Assembly: GCA_965230925.1 (NCBI GenBank)
Contig: OZ246403.1
Location: 458,455 to 522,454, forward strand
DNA from: an uncultured Candidatus Saccharibacteria bacterium
GTDB lineage: Bacteria; Patescibacteriota; Minisyncoccia; Phycocordibacterales; JACOZG01
Direction of reading: 5' to 3'
Length of the DNA: 64,000 nt
Part shown: one piece after another, positions 45,651-57,022 of the stretch
Position numbering within the stretch: the first letter of the stretch is position 1
Layout: each line of letters opens with the position of its first letter
Translations under genes and position numbers: made by a program
The notes under the pieces: generated by a model
Database searches by the model: none
Seen by the model: only the letters and a program-made list of their open reading frames with translations
Told to the model about the DNA's origin: nothing

Positions 45651-46250
45651 ATGACAATTGACTTCGTTTTTAGTATCGCGATTCTCATTATTTCGGTGGT
45701 GATTCATGAGGTGGCTCACGGTTATGTGGCCGAGGCGCTTGGTGATCCGACCGCGCGCCTCCAAGGTCGGCTTACGCTTAATCCGATTAAGCATCTCGAC
45801 CCGTTTGGTTCATTAATTCTACCCTTACTTCTTTATTATTCTGGTTTGGGGGTAGTTTTCGGCTGGGCCAAGCCGGTGCCCTATAATCCTTACAATTTGC
45901 GGGCCGGGAAATGGGGTCCGGCTCTTGTTGCGGTGGCGGGGCCAATTTCTAATTTAATCCTAGTTTTTGTTTTTACTCTTTTCTTCCAGTTTTTACCAGT
46001 TAGTCCCGCGATTCACCCCATTTTGGGGTTGATTGTTATGGTCAATCTCTCTCTCGCGATTTTCAACCTTATCCCAATTCCACCTCTCGACGGTTCCAAA
46101 ATCCTTTTCGCTCTTATACCTTACCGCTGGCGGGCGATCGAAAACTGGATGAATACCTATTCCTTCATTTTACTTCTCTTTGTTCTCTTCTTCTTGTGGG
46201 ACCTGGTTGCACCGGTCGTTTTGTGGTTATTCTCATTACTTATTGGTTGA
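45651..46250 (+). CDS. Site-2 protease (peptidase M50)
   Basis: HEVAH, GRLTLNP, AGPISN, FNLIPIPPLDG. Confidence 0.93.
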   Translation: MTIDFVFSIAILIISVVIHEVAHGYVAEALGDPTARLQGRLTLNPIKHLDPFGSLILPLLLYYSGLGVVFGWAKPVPYNPYNLRAGKWGPALVAVAGPISNLILVFVFTLFFQFLPVSPAIHPILGLIVMVNLSLAIFNLIPIPPLDGSKILFALIPYRWRAIENWMNTYSFILLLFVLFFLWDLVAPVVLWLFSLLIG

Positions 46251-46299
46251 CACTTGCTTGTTTCCCTAAGACATATTAAAGTAGTAACCACTCAGTTTT

Positions 46300-46719
46300 A
46301 TGGCGACATTCAATCAATTAATTAAGCGGCCGCGGCAGTCTATCCGGGCCAAGTCACGCACCGTCGGGTTGGCCCGCGGTTTCAATGTGAAGAAAAACCG
46401 CCCGGTGTTCTACCCCTCGCCTTTTAAGCGGGGAGTTTGCGTCCAGGTTAAGACCACTACGCCTAAAAAGCCAAACTCGGCTATTCGGAAGATCGCCCGT
46501 GTTCGCCTCAACAACGGCATGGAAGTCACTGCCTATATCCCAGGTATTGGCCACAATCTCCAAGAGCACTCGGTGGTAATGATCCGGGGCGGTCGGGTGA
46601 AGGATCTTCCAGGTGTGCGGTATCACATTGTTCGCGGTCGTTATGACTCTTCTGGCGTCGACAAGCGAATGCAAGGCCGATCACTTTATGGTGCCAAGCG
46701 ACCTAAGAAAGGTAAATAA
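46300..46719 (+). CDS. rpsL: 30S ribosomal protein S12
   Basis: [21 protein letters not shown]. Confidence 0.99.
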   Translation: MATFNQLIKRPRQSIRAKSRTVGLARGFNVKKNRPVFYPSPFKRGVCVQVKTTTPKKPNSAIRKIARVRLNNGMEVTAYIPGIGHNLQEHSVVMIRGGRVKDLPGVRYHIVRGRYDSSGVDKRMQGRSLYGAKRPKKGK

Positions 46720-46727
46720 TTTTAATT

Positions 46728-47222
46728 ATGCGACGTAAAGTAAAAAATCGAATTAAAGTAAAGCCTGATTCCCTCTATCAATCCTTGAAAGTGGGGAAGC
46801 TTATTAACTATGTGATGGACTCAGGTAAGAAAAATACCGCCCGACGCTTGGTTTACGGCGCCTTCAATAATATTAAAGAGGAGACCAAGAAGGATCCGAT
46901 GGAAGTCTTTGAAGAAGCGGTTAAGAATACTGGTCCAATGATGGAGCTCCGTTCCCGCCGGGTGGGCGGTGCCAACTATCAGATTCCTCATGAAGTCTCG
47001 CCCGAACGTAAGTTGACCTTAGCGCTCCGCTGGATGGTAGAAGCCGCTTCGAGTAAGAAAGGTAAGCCGATGGCCGAGAAATTGGCCGGCGAGATCTTAG
47101 CTGCCGCGAAGAATGAGGGCGAGGCCGTGAAGAAGCGTGAAATGATCCACCGCATGGCTGAGGCCAACCGCGCCTTTGCCCACTTTGCTCGGACTCAAGT
47201 TAAGCCTAAAGTTGCTGCTTAA
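46728..47222 (+). CDS. rpsG: 30S ribosomal protein S7
   Basis: SRRVGGANYQ, HRMAEANRAFAHF. Confidence 0.99.
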   Translation: MRRKVKNRIKVKPDSLYQSLKVGKLINYVMDSGKKNTARRLVYGAFNNIKEETKKDPMEVFEEAVKNTGPMMELRSRRVGGANYQIPHEVSPERKLTLALRWMVEAASSKKGKPMAEKLAGEILAAAKNEGEAVKKREMIHRMAEANRAFAHFARTQVKPKVAA

Positions 47223-49364
47223 ATGAATCGCGATTATCCTCTGGAGAAGGTTCGGAATTTTGGTATCATCGCCCACATTGATGCGGGTAAAACGACGGTC
47301 AGTGAGCGCATCCTTTTCTACACCGGTGTTTCGCACAAGATTGGTGAGGTGCATGAGGGCGACACTGTCATGGACTGGATGGAGCAAGAGCGTGAGCGTG
47401 GTATTACCATTACCGCCGCGGCCACCACTTGTTTCTGGACTCCCACTTATGCTGGAGGTGATGCCGCCAAAAAGCATCGTTTTAATATTATTGATACGCC
47501 TGGACACATCGATTTCACTATTGAGGTGAAGCGCTCTTTGCGCGTGCTCGACGGCGCGGTAGTGGTCTTCGACGGCGTGTCGGGTGTGGAGCCGCAATCA
47601 GAAACCAACTGGCGCTACGCCGATGAGGGGAAAGTGCCACGCCTTTGCTTTATCAATAAACTCGACCGCATGGGCGCTTCTTTTGAATTCTCATACAGCA
47701 CCATTCTTGACCGGCTCACCAAGCAGGCAGTGCGTTATCAGATCCCAATTGGTCTCGAAGAAAATTTTGCCGGTGTGATCGATCTTCTCCAGAAGAAGGC
47801 TTATGGCTTCGAGGGCGAGAAGGGTCAGACGATCAAAGAAATTCCAATTCCAGCTGATCTCCAAGCTGATGTCGATAAGTATCATGCCGAGCTCGTGGAG
47901 CGGATTGCGGAGACGGACGATACCCTGATGAATGAGTATCTGGAGGGTAAAACGATTGCTTTTGATGTTTTAAAAGTCGCTCTCCGAAAGGCGGTGATTT
48001 CCAATAAAATTGTGCCGGTATTTTGCGGTTCGGCACTGAAGAATAAGGGTGTGCAGCTTGTTCTCGATGGTGTCATTGATTACTTACCTTCGCCGCTCGA
48101 TATCCCGCCCACTAAAGGTATTGATGAGCGAACCGGAGAAGTCATAGAACGTTTGCCTTCCGACGATGCGCCCTTTGCCGCCCTTGCTTTCAAAATTCAA
48201 ACTGATCCTTTCGTTGGTCAACTAGTTTTCTTCCGCGTTTACTCGGGGAAAATTGAAGCTGGTTCATATATTTACAACACTCGAACGCGAACCAAAGAGC
48301 GCGTAGGTCGGATTGTGCGCTTGCACGCTAATGAACGAGAAGAGGTGAAGGTGGTTTTTGCGGGAGAAATTGCCGCGACCGTGGGCTTGAAGGATGTGAA
48401 AACCTCCGATACCTTCTGCGATATTGATAATCCTATTATTCTCGACCAAATTGTGGTGCCCGAGCCAGTGGTGTCGATGAAGATTGAGCCGAAGACCAAG
48501 GCTGACCAAGAGAAAATGGGTATGGCGATGAAGAAGCTTTCTGATGAAGATCCAACGTTTAAAATTAAATCTGACCCAGAAACCTTAGAAACCATTATTT
48601 CGGGCATGGGCGAGCTCCACCTCGAGGTGCTAGTAGAACGGATGAAGCGCGAATTCGGCGTGGAGGCCAATGTGAGCAAGCCGCAAGTGGCGTACAAAGA
48701 GACGATCACGGCCGCCGCCGAGGCGGAAGGCAAGTACATTAAGCAGTCGGGTGGTCGCGGTCAGTATGGTCATGTGCGCTTGCGCGTGAAGCCTCTCGAG
48801 AAGCTTGAGGAGGGGGCCAAGATCCCGAAGAATGTGACGCGCGAGACCGGCTTCGAATTTATTAATGCCATTAAGGGTGGCGTGGTGCCGCAAGAATATA
48901 TTACGCCGGTGGAGAAGGGTGTGCGCGAGGGGATGGAGCGTGGTGTGGTGGCCGGTTTCCAGCTCGTCGATGTTTCTGTCGAACTTTACGATGGTTCTTA
49001 TCACGAAGTGGACTCATCAGAAATGGCCTTCAAAATGGCCGGTTCGATGGCGCTTCAAGAAGCAGCGCGGCGCGCTAAGCCAGTGCTCCTTGAGCCAATT
49101 ATGAAAATTGAAGTCATTGTGCCCGAGAAGTTCATGGGTGATATTACCGGGCACCTCAACTCCAAGCGTGGGCAAATTGAAGGCATGGAAGATCGCGGTA
49201 ATGCCAAGGTGATCCGCGCCAAGGTGCCGCTCGCCGAGATGTTCGGCTACGTTACGACTCTCCGCTCGCAGACCGAAGGCCGCGGCTCCTTCAACATGGA
49301 ATTCGCCGAATACGCGATTATCCCGAACAACGTCGCCCAAAAGATTGTTGAGACGAGACAGTAA
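47223..49364 (+). CDS. fusA: Elongation factor G
   Basis: [30 protein letters not shown]. Confidence 0.99.
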   Translation: MNRDYPLEKVRNFGIIAHIDAGKTTVSERILFYTGVSHKIGEVHEGDTVMDWMEQERERGITITAAATTCFWTPTYAGGDAAKKHRFNIIDTPGHIDFTIEVKRSLRVLDGAVVVFDGVSGVEPQSETNWRYADEGKVPRLCFINKLDRMGASFEFSYSTILDRLTKQAVRYQIPIGLEENFAGVIDLLQKKAYGFEGEKGQTIKEIPIPADLQADVDKYHAELVERIAETDDTLMNEYLEGKTIAFDVLKVALRKAVISNKIVPVFCGSALKNKGVQLVLDGVIDYLPSPLDIPPTKGIDERTGEVIERLPSDDAPFAALAFKIQTDPFVGQLVFFRVYSGKIEAGSYIYNTRTRTKERVGRIVRLHANEREEVKVVFAGEIAATVGLKDVKTSDTFCDIDNPIILDQIVVPEPVVSMKIEPKTKADQEKMGMAMKKLSDEDPTFKIKSDPETLETIISGMGELHLEVLVERMKREFGVEANVSKPQVAYKETITAAAEAEGKYIKQSGGRGQYGHVRLRVKPLEKLEEGAKIPKNVTRETGFEFINAIKGGVVPQEYITPVEKGVREGMERGVVAGFQLVDVSVELYDGSYHEVDSSEMAFKMAGSMALQEAARRAKPVLLEPIMKIEVIVPEKFMGDITGHLNSKRGQIEGMEDRGNAKVIRAKVPLAEMFGYVTTLRSQTEGRGSFNMEFAEYAIIPNNVAQKIVETRQ

Positions 49365-49413
49365 TTGCGGAAAAGAAAAACTCACTAATACTTGTTTGAC
49401 AGGGACCGAAAGC

Positions 49414-50082
49414 TCAGGCAAGCCGTAGGTCCCTTTTGTCTTTCAAACAACTAGCCACGACCTTCTTGATATTTTTTGTTTCGTTCCATGTTTCCCTCAC
49501 AGTTTTCCTCATATTTGTGTGTTGGGGATATCCTTGATCATGAGCACCCTCCATTAAATCAACAAACTCGATATTAAGTAGCTCGGTAAGCGACTCTTTG
49601 AGGTCGTTATACTGGTTTTCATCTACCCCAACCTCTGTTAATTCGTCATGAAAAGCGTGCCAGGTATAAAAATGGAATAACTCGTGCATTATTATTCCGT
49701 TAGTAAATTTTGAGGCGAAGTATACAAAAAAGTAATTATCCTGAATATTGTAAGTACACCTTTGGTTGGTAGTTAAGTAAGTTGTGATTTTAGATGCCGG
49801 GTAAGAAATGTTAAAAATTTGTTCCATCCGCGCAATGAATGGTTTTTCGATCTTTCTCCAGTTTTGGTTTATGGACTCCAGTGACTTTGTTGTATCAAGG
49901 CCAGTTTGAGAAATAAAAGATTCTAGAAACTTTCGGACCATATTTTCTGTGTAGTTTGGGCCATGTTTATCAATATAGGACTGCTGAAGTTTTGTTGGTA
50001 GCGCGTTGTTTCTTGCTCGGGTGCCAGCAATAAAATTATCTACATCTTTGTCAAGATCATATTTAAATTCTAAGTTGGTCAT
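49414..50082 (-). CDS. Hypothetical protein with HExxH zincin-like motif, inserted between fusA and tuf
   Basis: IIMHELFH and downstream KESLTE; AT-rich; own TGaTATAAT -10. Confidence 0.75.
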   Translation of the reverse strand: MTNLEFKYDLDKDVDNFIAGTRARNNALPTKLQQSYIDKHGPNYTENMVRKFLESFISQTGLDTTKSLESINQNWRKIEKPFIARMEQIFNISYPASKITTYLTTNQRCTYNIQDNYFFVYFASKFTNGIIMHELFHFYTWHAFHDELTEVGVDENQYNDLKESLTELLNIEFVDLMEGAHDQGYPQHTNMRKTVRETWNETKNIKKVVASCLKDKRDLRLA

Positions 50083-50124
50083 CGAGGTTAATTATATCAT
50101 CCCAGGCTTTAGCTTGGCTCAGGT

Positions 50125-50172
50125 AAGGATTTGACGCCGCTATAGCGGTTTGCTAGTATTCTATGGCGCTTT
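50125..50172 (+). promoter_or_regulatory. Promoter upstream of tuf
   Basis: TTGACG-17-TAGTAT with extended TG. Confidence 0.65.
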
Positions 50173-50246
50173 GGGCGCGTCGGTTTTTCTTCTATTAAAT
50201 CTCAAATTAAGAGAAATTATTAAGTAAGTAGTTTAATTTTAAAAAT

Positions 50247-51449
<1,203 letters not shown>

Positions 51450-51474
51450 TTTAAACTTCTGAGTATTTATTACC

Positions 51475-51843
51475 ATGGCCACCAAAGAGAAAAAAACTAC
51501 TACCAAGGCGGTGGCGAAGGAAAAGGATCCTAATAGCCTCCAGAAGATTCGGATTCGTGTCGCAGCCTATGAAAATAAGGTTCTCGACGCGAGTGTGAAG
51601 CAAATTGTAGATACGGCTAATCGTTACGATGCGGTGGTGCGTGGACCAGTGCCACTTCCTACAGAAATTAAGAAATACACGGTCAATCGAAGTTCCTTTG
51701 TGCACAAGAATGCTCGGGAGCAATTCGAAATGCGGATTCATAAGCGTCTCATCGATATTTTGAACCCTTCAGCTAAAATCATCGAACATCTGACCAATCT
51801 GAATCTACCTTCGGCCGTGAATATCGATGTGAAGATGCTATGA
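51475..51843 (+). CDS. rpsJ: 30S ribosomal protein S10
   Basis: GPVPLPT, REQFEMRIHKRLIDI. Confidence 0.98.
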   Translation: MATKEKKTTTKAVAKEKDPNSLQKIRIRVAAYENKVLDASVKQIVDTANRYDAVVRGPVPLPTEIKKYTVNRSSFVHKNAREQFEMRIHKRLIDILNPSAKIIEHLTNLNLPSAVNIDVKML

Positions 51844-52262
51844 AATTAGTTTACGGAACAAAGCAGGGAATGACGCAAATCTTCGCCGATTCTGGCGAGG
51901 CTCATGCCGCGACGGTGATTAAGGCTGAATCACTTGCTGATTTGGCCGTGGGTGATGTGGTGCGCGTCAGTGGTATTACCAAAGGTCGCGGTTTCCAAGG
52001 TGTGGTGAAGCGCCACGGCTTTAAGGGTGGACCGCGAACACATGGTCAGAAGCACTCAGAGCGTGAGCCGGGCTCGATTGGTGGTGGTTTGCGTACCCGT
52101 GTTCCAAAAGGAATGCGCATGGCCGGCCGTATGGGTGGCAAGCGCCTCACCGTGCGCCACTTGAAGGTGCTTTCGCTCGATCAAGATAAAAACATTCTCT
52201 TTATTTCCGGAGCAACACCAGGTAGACGAGGGACGAAGCTCATGGTAAGTACTAAGGATTAA
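51840..52262 (+). CDS. rplC: 50S ribosomal protein L3 with internal deletion (140 aa)
   Basis: GTKQGMTQIF, TKGRGFQGVVKRHGF, KGMRMAGRMG; canonical position. Confidence 0.95.
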   Translation: MKLVYGTKQGMTQIFADSGEAHAATVIKAESLADLAVGDVVRVSGITKGRGFQGVVKRHGFKGGPRTHGQKHSEREPGSIGGGLRTRVPKGMRMAGRMGGKRLTVRHLKVLSLDQDKNILFISGATPGRRGTKLMVSTKD

Positions 52263-52264
52263 AT

Positions 52265-52927
52265 ATGGAAGCAAAAGTCTACAATCAAGACGGCAAAGAA
52301 ACCGGGTCAGTAGCCCTTCCCGAGCAGGTTTTTGGCTTGCCGTGGAATAATGATTTGATCTACCAGGTAGTTACTTCTACCGAGACTAGTCGTCGGTCGA
52401 ATACGGCTCAGGTGAAGGATCGTAGTGCCGTACGCGGTGGTGGTAAGAAGCCGTGGCGGCAGAAGGGAACCGGCCGAGCTCGTCATGGTTCTATTCGCTC
52501 GCCGCTCTGGCGTGGTGGTGGAGTGACTCATGGCCCAACGACCGAGAGAAATTATTTCCGAAAGGTGAACCGCAAAGTGAAGAACAAGGCGCTCGGCGTG
52601 GTGCTCTCGCGTAAATTTAAGGATGGTGAAATTCTTTTCCTTGATCAGCTAAATTTACCGGTGATTAAGACTAAGACGGCTTTTGGGGTGTTGACCCAGC
52701 TTTCTAAGCTAAAAGGTTTTGAAAAAGTTCATTATCGCCGAGGTAGTCGGGTGCTTCTTGCTATGCCTCGTGCTGATGAGAAGCTTCAGAAAAGTTTTCG
52801 TAATCTTGGAGGATCGACTCTTGCTGAAACGCGCAATCTCAATCCGGTCGATATTTTGAGTTATAAGTATCTCGTGATCGCCGATCCAAAAGCGAGTCTC
52901 GAGACCCTGAAGAACCGTCTAAGTTAA
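52265..52927 (+). CDS. rplD: 50S ribosomal protein L4
   Basis: KKPWRQKGTGRARHGS. Confidence 0.98.
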   Translation: MEAKVYNQDGKETGSVALPEQVFGLPWNNDLIYQVVTSTETSRRSNTAQVKDRSAVRGGGKKPWRQKGTGRARHGSIRSPLWRGGGVTHGPTTERNYFRKVNRKVKNKALGVVLSRKFKDGEILFLDQLNLPVIKTKTAFGVLTQLSKLKGFEKVHYRRGSRVLLAMPRADEKLQKSFRNLGGSTLAETRNLNPVDILSYKYLVIADPKASLETLKNRLS

Positions 52928-52928
52928 T

Positions 52929-53237
52929 ATGTCAAAAATTGGCCAACAATTAAATCGCGCCCCACAAGTTTTACGCCACCCCTTGGTGACGGAGAAGTCG
53001 ACCATGCTCCAAGAGCGGGCGGCGGGACCGGTATATGCTTTTGCGGTTAGTGATCGAGCCACGAAGCCCGAGATTAAAGCTCTGGTGAAGCGGTTGTATA
53101 AAATTACACCGCAGAAAGTGAGTATTTTGAACGTGAAGCCGAAGAGCCTTGTTTACCGTGGTCGAGCTGGAGAACGGTCTGGATATAAAAAAGCCCTTGT
53201 TTACTTAAAGCCAGGTGAGAAATTGGAACTCGCTTAA
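52929..53237 (+). CDS. rplW: 50S ribosomal protein L23
   Basis: PLVTEKS, KKALVYL; position. Confidence 0.95.
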   Translation: MSKIGQQLNRAPQVLRHPLVTEKSTMLQERAAGPVYAFAVSDRATKPEIKALVKRLYKITPQKVSILNVKPKSLVYRGRAGERSGYKKALVYLKPGEKLELA

Positions 53238-53246
53238 TTTTTAATC

Positions 53247-54086
53247 ATGAAAACTCATAAACCAGTTACACCCAGTCGTCGTCACACCGTTCTTTTGCCA
53301 TACCGGCAGCTGCTCTCAACCTCTGAGCCTTACAAGCCGCTCACGAGTGGTCGCAAGCGAGATGTGGGTCGCAATAACGTTGGCCGAATTACCACCCGTC
53401 ACAAGGGTGGCGGTGTGAAGCGTTTGTTCCGAGCGATTGACTTCCGTTACGAGAAATTTAATATTCCCGCCAAAATTGAGACAGTGGAATATGATCCAAA
53501 TCGCTCTGGTCTTATTGCTCTCGTATGCTATGCCGATGGTGAGCGACGTTACGTTCTCTTGCCTGGTGGGATGAAGGTGGGCGATAAATTTATTGTTTCT
53601 CCTGAGGCTGAGCTCCGACCAGGTAATCGTTTGCCTCTCTCGAAGATCCCGGTGGGTGCCTTTGTTTACAATGTGGAAGTGAAGCCAGGTGGTGGCGCTA
53701 AGCTGGTGCGCTCGGCGGGGAACTTTGCCCAAATTCTTTCTAATGATGCGGGATATACCACGCTTAAAATGCCATCGACTGAGGTGCGAAAGCTTAGCGA
53801 CAAGGTGTGGGCTTCGATTGGTACGGTCTCTGGTGAAGAAAACAAATTGATCAAACTTGGTAAAGCCGGTCGTTCACGCTGGCTCGGTATCCGTCCTACG
53901 GTGCGCGGTAGCGCCATGAATCCAGTAGATCACCCATACGGTGGTGGTGAAGGTCGTCAGGGACGTGGTACTCGTCGGCCTAAGACCTTGTGGGGTAAGG
54001 TGACTGGTGGTCGTAAGACGCGTCGCGCGAAGAAGTATTCCAATGTTTTCGTGGTCACTCGTCGTCGGTCGAGACGGAAGGCTTAG
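53247..54086 (+). CDS. rplB: 50S ribosomal protein L2
   Basis: EYDPNRS, RGSAMNPVDHPYGGGEG. Confidence 0.99.
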   Translation: MKTHKPVTPSRRHTVLLPYRQLLSTSEPYKPLTSGRKRDVGRNNVGRITTRHKGGGVKRLFRAIDFRYEKFNIPAKIETVEYDPNRSGLIALVCYADGERRYVLLPGGMKVGDKFIVSPEAELRPGNRLPLSKIPVGAFVYNVEVKPGGGAKLVRSAGNFAQILSNDAGYTTLKMPSTEVRKLSDKVWASIGTVSGEENKLIKLGKAGRSRWLGIRPTVRGSAMNPVDHPYGGGEGRQGRGTRRPKTLWGKVTGGRKTRRAKKYSNVFVVTRRRSRRKA

Positions 54087-54124
54087 TTGACGACTGATAA
54101 ATATTTTGTTTAACTCCAGAATTC

Positions 54125-54487
54125 ATGACTAGATCACTTAAAAAAGGACCATTCATTGATCCTAAGCTGCTCAAGAAAATTACCGGCCATAAGCCGGGTG
54201 GTTCTGCGGTGATAAAAACCTGGTCTCGCGCTAGTCAGATTAGCCCGGAAATGGTGGGTTTTACCTTTGGCGTTCACAATGGTCGGGAGCATTTGCCGGT
54301 TCTTGTGGTTGAGGAAATGGTTGGTCATCGCTTAGGGGAATTTAGCCCGACGCGAAAGTTTATTCGTCATGGTGGTAAGATGCAGAAGGAGCTCGAACAG
54401 AAGAAGAAAGAGGCTGAAATTGCGGCCGCTAAGGCGTCTAAAGAACCGGCAGCAGCCGCCGGGGGTACCGCCGCGGCGAAGAAATAA
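54125..54487 (+). CDS. rpsS: 30S ribosomal protein S19
   Basis: [21 protein letters not shown]; K/A-rich C-terminal extension. Confidence 0.98.
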   Translation: MTRSLKKGPFIDPKLLKKITGHKPGGSAVIKTWSRASQISPEMVGFTFGVHNGREHLPVLVVEEMVGHRLGEFSPTRKFIRHGGKMQKELEQKKKEAEIAAAKASKEPAAAAGGTAAAKK

Positions 54488-54490
54488 ATC

Positions 54491-54820
54491 ATGAAAGCTC
54501 TCTTAAGTCGTTATCGACAATCACCACGGAAAGTTCGCTTAGTCGCCAATTTGGTTAAAGGCAAGAAGGTTGCCGAGGCGATGACGATGCTCAGTTTCCT
54601 TCCCAAGCGCGCCGCGACACCGGTGAAGAAGCTTATTCAATCAGCTGTTGCCAATGCGACCAGTGCGAAGGCGAGCGTGAAGGCCGAGCGACTTTTTATT
54701 AAAGATATTACCGTTAACAAGAGTTTGGTCTTGCGTCGTTTCCGCGCTGGTGGTCGAGGTCGCGGTTACCCTTTGAAGAAGCGGGCGAGTCGCTTGGAAG
54801 TTCACCTTATCGAAAAGTAA
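54491..54820 (+). CDS. rplV: 50S ribosomal protein L22
   Basis: SPRKVRLVA, SAVANA. Confidence 0.96.
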   Translation: MKALLSRYRQSPRKVRLVANLVKGKKVAEAMTMLSFLPKRAATPVKKLIQSAVANATSAKASVKAERLFIKDITVNKSLVLRRFRAGGRGRGYPLKKRASRLEVHLIEK

Positions 54821-54821
54821 T

Positions 54822-55490
54822 ATGACACATAAAGTTCATCCCTACGCGCACAGACTTGGCCTCCTCACTGGTTGGCGTTCTCGCTGGTTTGCTGGTGCTA
54901 AGAAGTATCAAGCGGCTCTCAAGGCTGATGTTTTAATTCGTGAACATTTAGAAGAAAAACTTCGGGGAAATTATGTTTCGAGCGTAGATATGGAACGCGG
55001 GGCCAATTATTGGCGGGTGATTATTAAAACGTCGCGACCCGGTATGGTCATTGGTCGCTCAGGCGAGGGGAGCACCAAGCTCAAGGCCGAAATTTTGAAA
55101 TTAGCGCAGAAACTGAAGGCGCCAATGCCCCGGGAGTTTAAACTTGATATTGAAGAGGTAAAGAATCCCGAGGCCGATGCTCCGATTGTGGCTCAGATGG
55201 TGGCCGAAGGTCTCGAGAAGCAAATGCCTTTCCGTCGGGTGCTTAAGCAAATGATTGAGAAGGTGATGGCCGCCCGCGGGGTGGAAGGTGTACGCATTGA
55301 CGTTTCTGGTCGTCTTGGCGGTGCCGAAATTGCTCGGAAAGAAAGTTTGAAAAAAGGTCGTCTCCCGCTCCAAACCTTGCGCGCTGATATCGACTTTGCT
55401 CGGGAGAAAGCTCGACTTTCCTACGGTGTGATCGGCGTAAAAGTTTGGATTTACCGCGGTCAAGTCTTTGCTGATAAAGCTACCAATTAA
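54822..55490 (+). CDS. rpsC: 30S ribosomal protein S3
   Basis: KVHPYAHRLG, SGRLGGAEIAR, PLQTLRADID. Confidence 0.98.
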   Translation: MTHKVHPYAHRLGLLTGWRSRWFAGAKKYQAALKADVLIREHLEEKLRGNYVSSVDMERGANYWRVIIKTSRPGMVIGRSGEGSTKLKAEILKLAQKLKAPMPREFKLDIEEVKNPEADAPIVAQMVAEGLEKQMPFRRVLKQMIEKVMAARGVEGVRIDVSGRLGGAEIARKESLKKGRLPLQTLRADIDFAREKARLSYGVIGVKVWIYRGQVFADKATN

Positions 55491-55493
55491 ACC

Positions 55494-55910
55494 ATGTTAG
55501 TCCCGAAAAAAGTAAAATATCGTAAGTGGCACACCATGCGGCGCAATCCGAAGAAGAAGCGCTTGTCTTCTCGCGGTCTTGAAGTGTCTTTCGGCTCTCA
55601 TGGTCTTAAGGCAGAAACACCGGGTCGCGTGCGCTCTAATCAAATTGAGTCGGCCCGCAAGGTGATTGTGCGCGAGATCAAGAAAGGTGGTAAGCTCTGG
55701 ATTCGCATTTTCCCCGATAAGCCTTACACGGCTAAGGCCGCGGAAGTGGGTATGGGTAAGGGTAAAGGTGATCCGCAGGGATATGAGTTCGAAGTCTTGC
55801 CGGGTCGACTTATCTTCGAGCTTGATGGTTTGCCCGATGCGGAAGCGAAGGCGGTGCTTGAGCAAGCCGGAAGCAAATTACCCATTAAGACGCGCGTTGT
55901 CCGCCGCTAA
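55494..55910 (+). CDS. rplP: 50S ribosomal protein L16
   Basis: WIRIFPDKP, MGKGKG. Confidence 0.98.
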   Translation: MLVPKKVKYRKWHTMRRNPKKKRLSSRGLEVSFGSHGLKAETPGRVRSNQIESARKVIVREIKKGGKLWIRIFPDKPYTAKAAEVGMGKGKGDPQGYEFEVLPGRLIFELDGLPDAEAKAVLEQAGSKLPIKTRVVRR

Positions 55911-55913
55911 ATT

Positions 55914-56102
55914 ATGGCCAAGAAAGATTTAAAAAAAGAAGGTCGGGCCGAGTGGCTTAAGCAACTTGAAGAGAAATCAAGCGCGCTAAGGAAGTGGCGC
56001 TTCGGTCTCGCGGGAGCGCGCACTGCGGATGTGAAATTGGCGCGCCGTTTGCGTCGAGAAGTTGCCGAGCTCTTGACTTTACTTGGGAAAAACGCAGGAT
56101 AA
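55914..56102 (+). CDS. rpmC: 50S ribosomal protein L29
   Basis: Position between rplP and rpsQ; RRLRREVAELLT. Confidence 0.85.
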   Translation: MAKKDLKKEGRAEWLKQLEEKSSALRKWRFGLAGARTADVKLARRLRREVAELLTLLGKNAG

Positions 56103-56114
56103 TACACTACTACT

Positions 56115-56333
56115 ATGAGTCGAATTTTAGAAGGAGTCATTGTTTCGGCCAAAACACCCAAATCGGCGGTGGTAGAAGTGTCGCGCCTGGTGAAGCATCC
56201 GAAGTATCAGAAGTATCTCAAGCGCAGTAAGCGTTATTTGGTGCATGATGAGACGGGGCACCAGGTAGGCGAGCGGGTGAAAATTGAGGAAACTAAGCCT
56301 TTATCCCGACGGAAACATTTTAAAATTGTATGA
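56115..56333 (+). CDS. rpsQ: 30S ribosomal protein S17
   Basis: HPKYQK, VHDE, ETKPLS. Confidence 0.96.
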   Translation: MSRILEGVIVSAKTPKSAVVEVSRLVKHPKYQKYLKRSKRYLVHDETGHQVGERVKIEETKPLSRRKHFKIV

Positions 56334-56698
56334 TTCAGCCACGTTCTATTGTAAAAATTGCGGATAATACCGGGGCCAAACTCGGACGTGTGTTCAAGGT
56401 GCTCGGTGGGAGTAAGAAGCGCTATGCCCGGATTGGTGAGATCGTGGTGATCTCAATTCAAACTGCCGAGCCCAAAAAGGCGGTGAAAAAGAAGGAGGTT
56501 TGCAAAGCGCTTGTGGTCCGCAGTCGCGAAGCCACTCGCCGGGCCGATGGCTCATATGTGCGCTTCGACGAGAACGCGGTGGTCTTGATTGATGAGAAGA
56601 AGGAGCCGCGCGGCGGGCGTATTTTTGGACCTATTCCTCGAGAGATTGCTGATTTGGGTTATCAGAAAATTGTGTCACTGGCGCCCGAAATTGTATAA
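56330..56698 (+). CDS. rplN: 50S ribosomal protein L14
   Basis: ADNTGAK, FDENAVV, KIVSLAPEIV. Confidence 0.98.
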   Translation: MIQPRSIVKIADNTGAKLGRVFKVLGGSKKRYARIGEIVVISIQTAEPKKAVKKKEVCKALVVRSREATRRADGSYVRFDENAVVLIDEKKEPRGGRIFGPIPREIADLGYQKIVSLAPEIV

Positions 56699-56706
56699 AT
56701 AGAACC

Positions 56707-57012
56707 ATGGCTTTAACTCTCAAAAAAAATGATGTGGTGGCGGTAATGACCGGTAAAGACAAGGGGAAAACAGGGAAAATTCTCCGGGTATTGCCCGACC
56801 GAGTAATTGTGGAAGGAGTGAATCTTCGCAAGCGCCGCGAGAAGGCTCGCCGCTCTGGGACGAAGGGGCAAGTGGTAGAGGTGCCGAGTCCGGTTCATCG
56901 CTCGAATGTTCTCCTCTATTGTTCGGCCTGCAAGAAAGGGGTGCGTTTTGGCCAGAAAATCTCGGGGAAGAAGAAGATCCGAGTTTGCAAGAAGTGTGGC
57001 CGGGAGCTCTAA
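56707..57012 (+). CDS. rplX: 50S ribosomal protein L24
   Basis: GKDKGKTG KOW motif, VIVEGVN. Confidence 0.96.
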   Translation: MALTLKKNDVVAVMTGKDKGKTGKILRVLPDRVIVEGVNLRKRREKARRSGTKGQVVEVPSPVHRSNVLLYCSACKKGVRFGQKISGKKKIRVCKKCGREL

Positions 57013-57022
57013 ACTTTAAACC

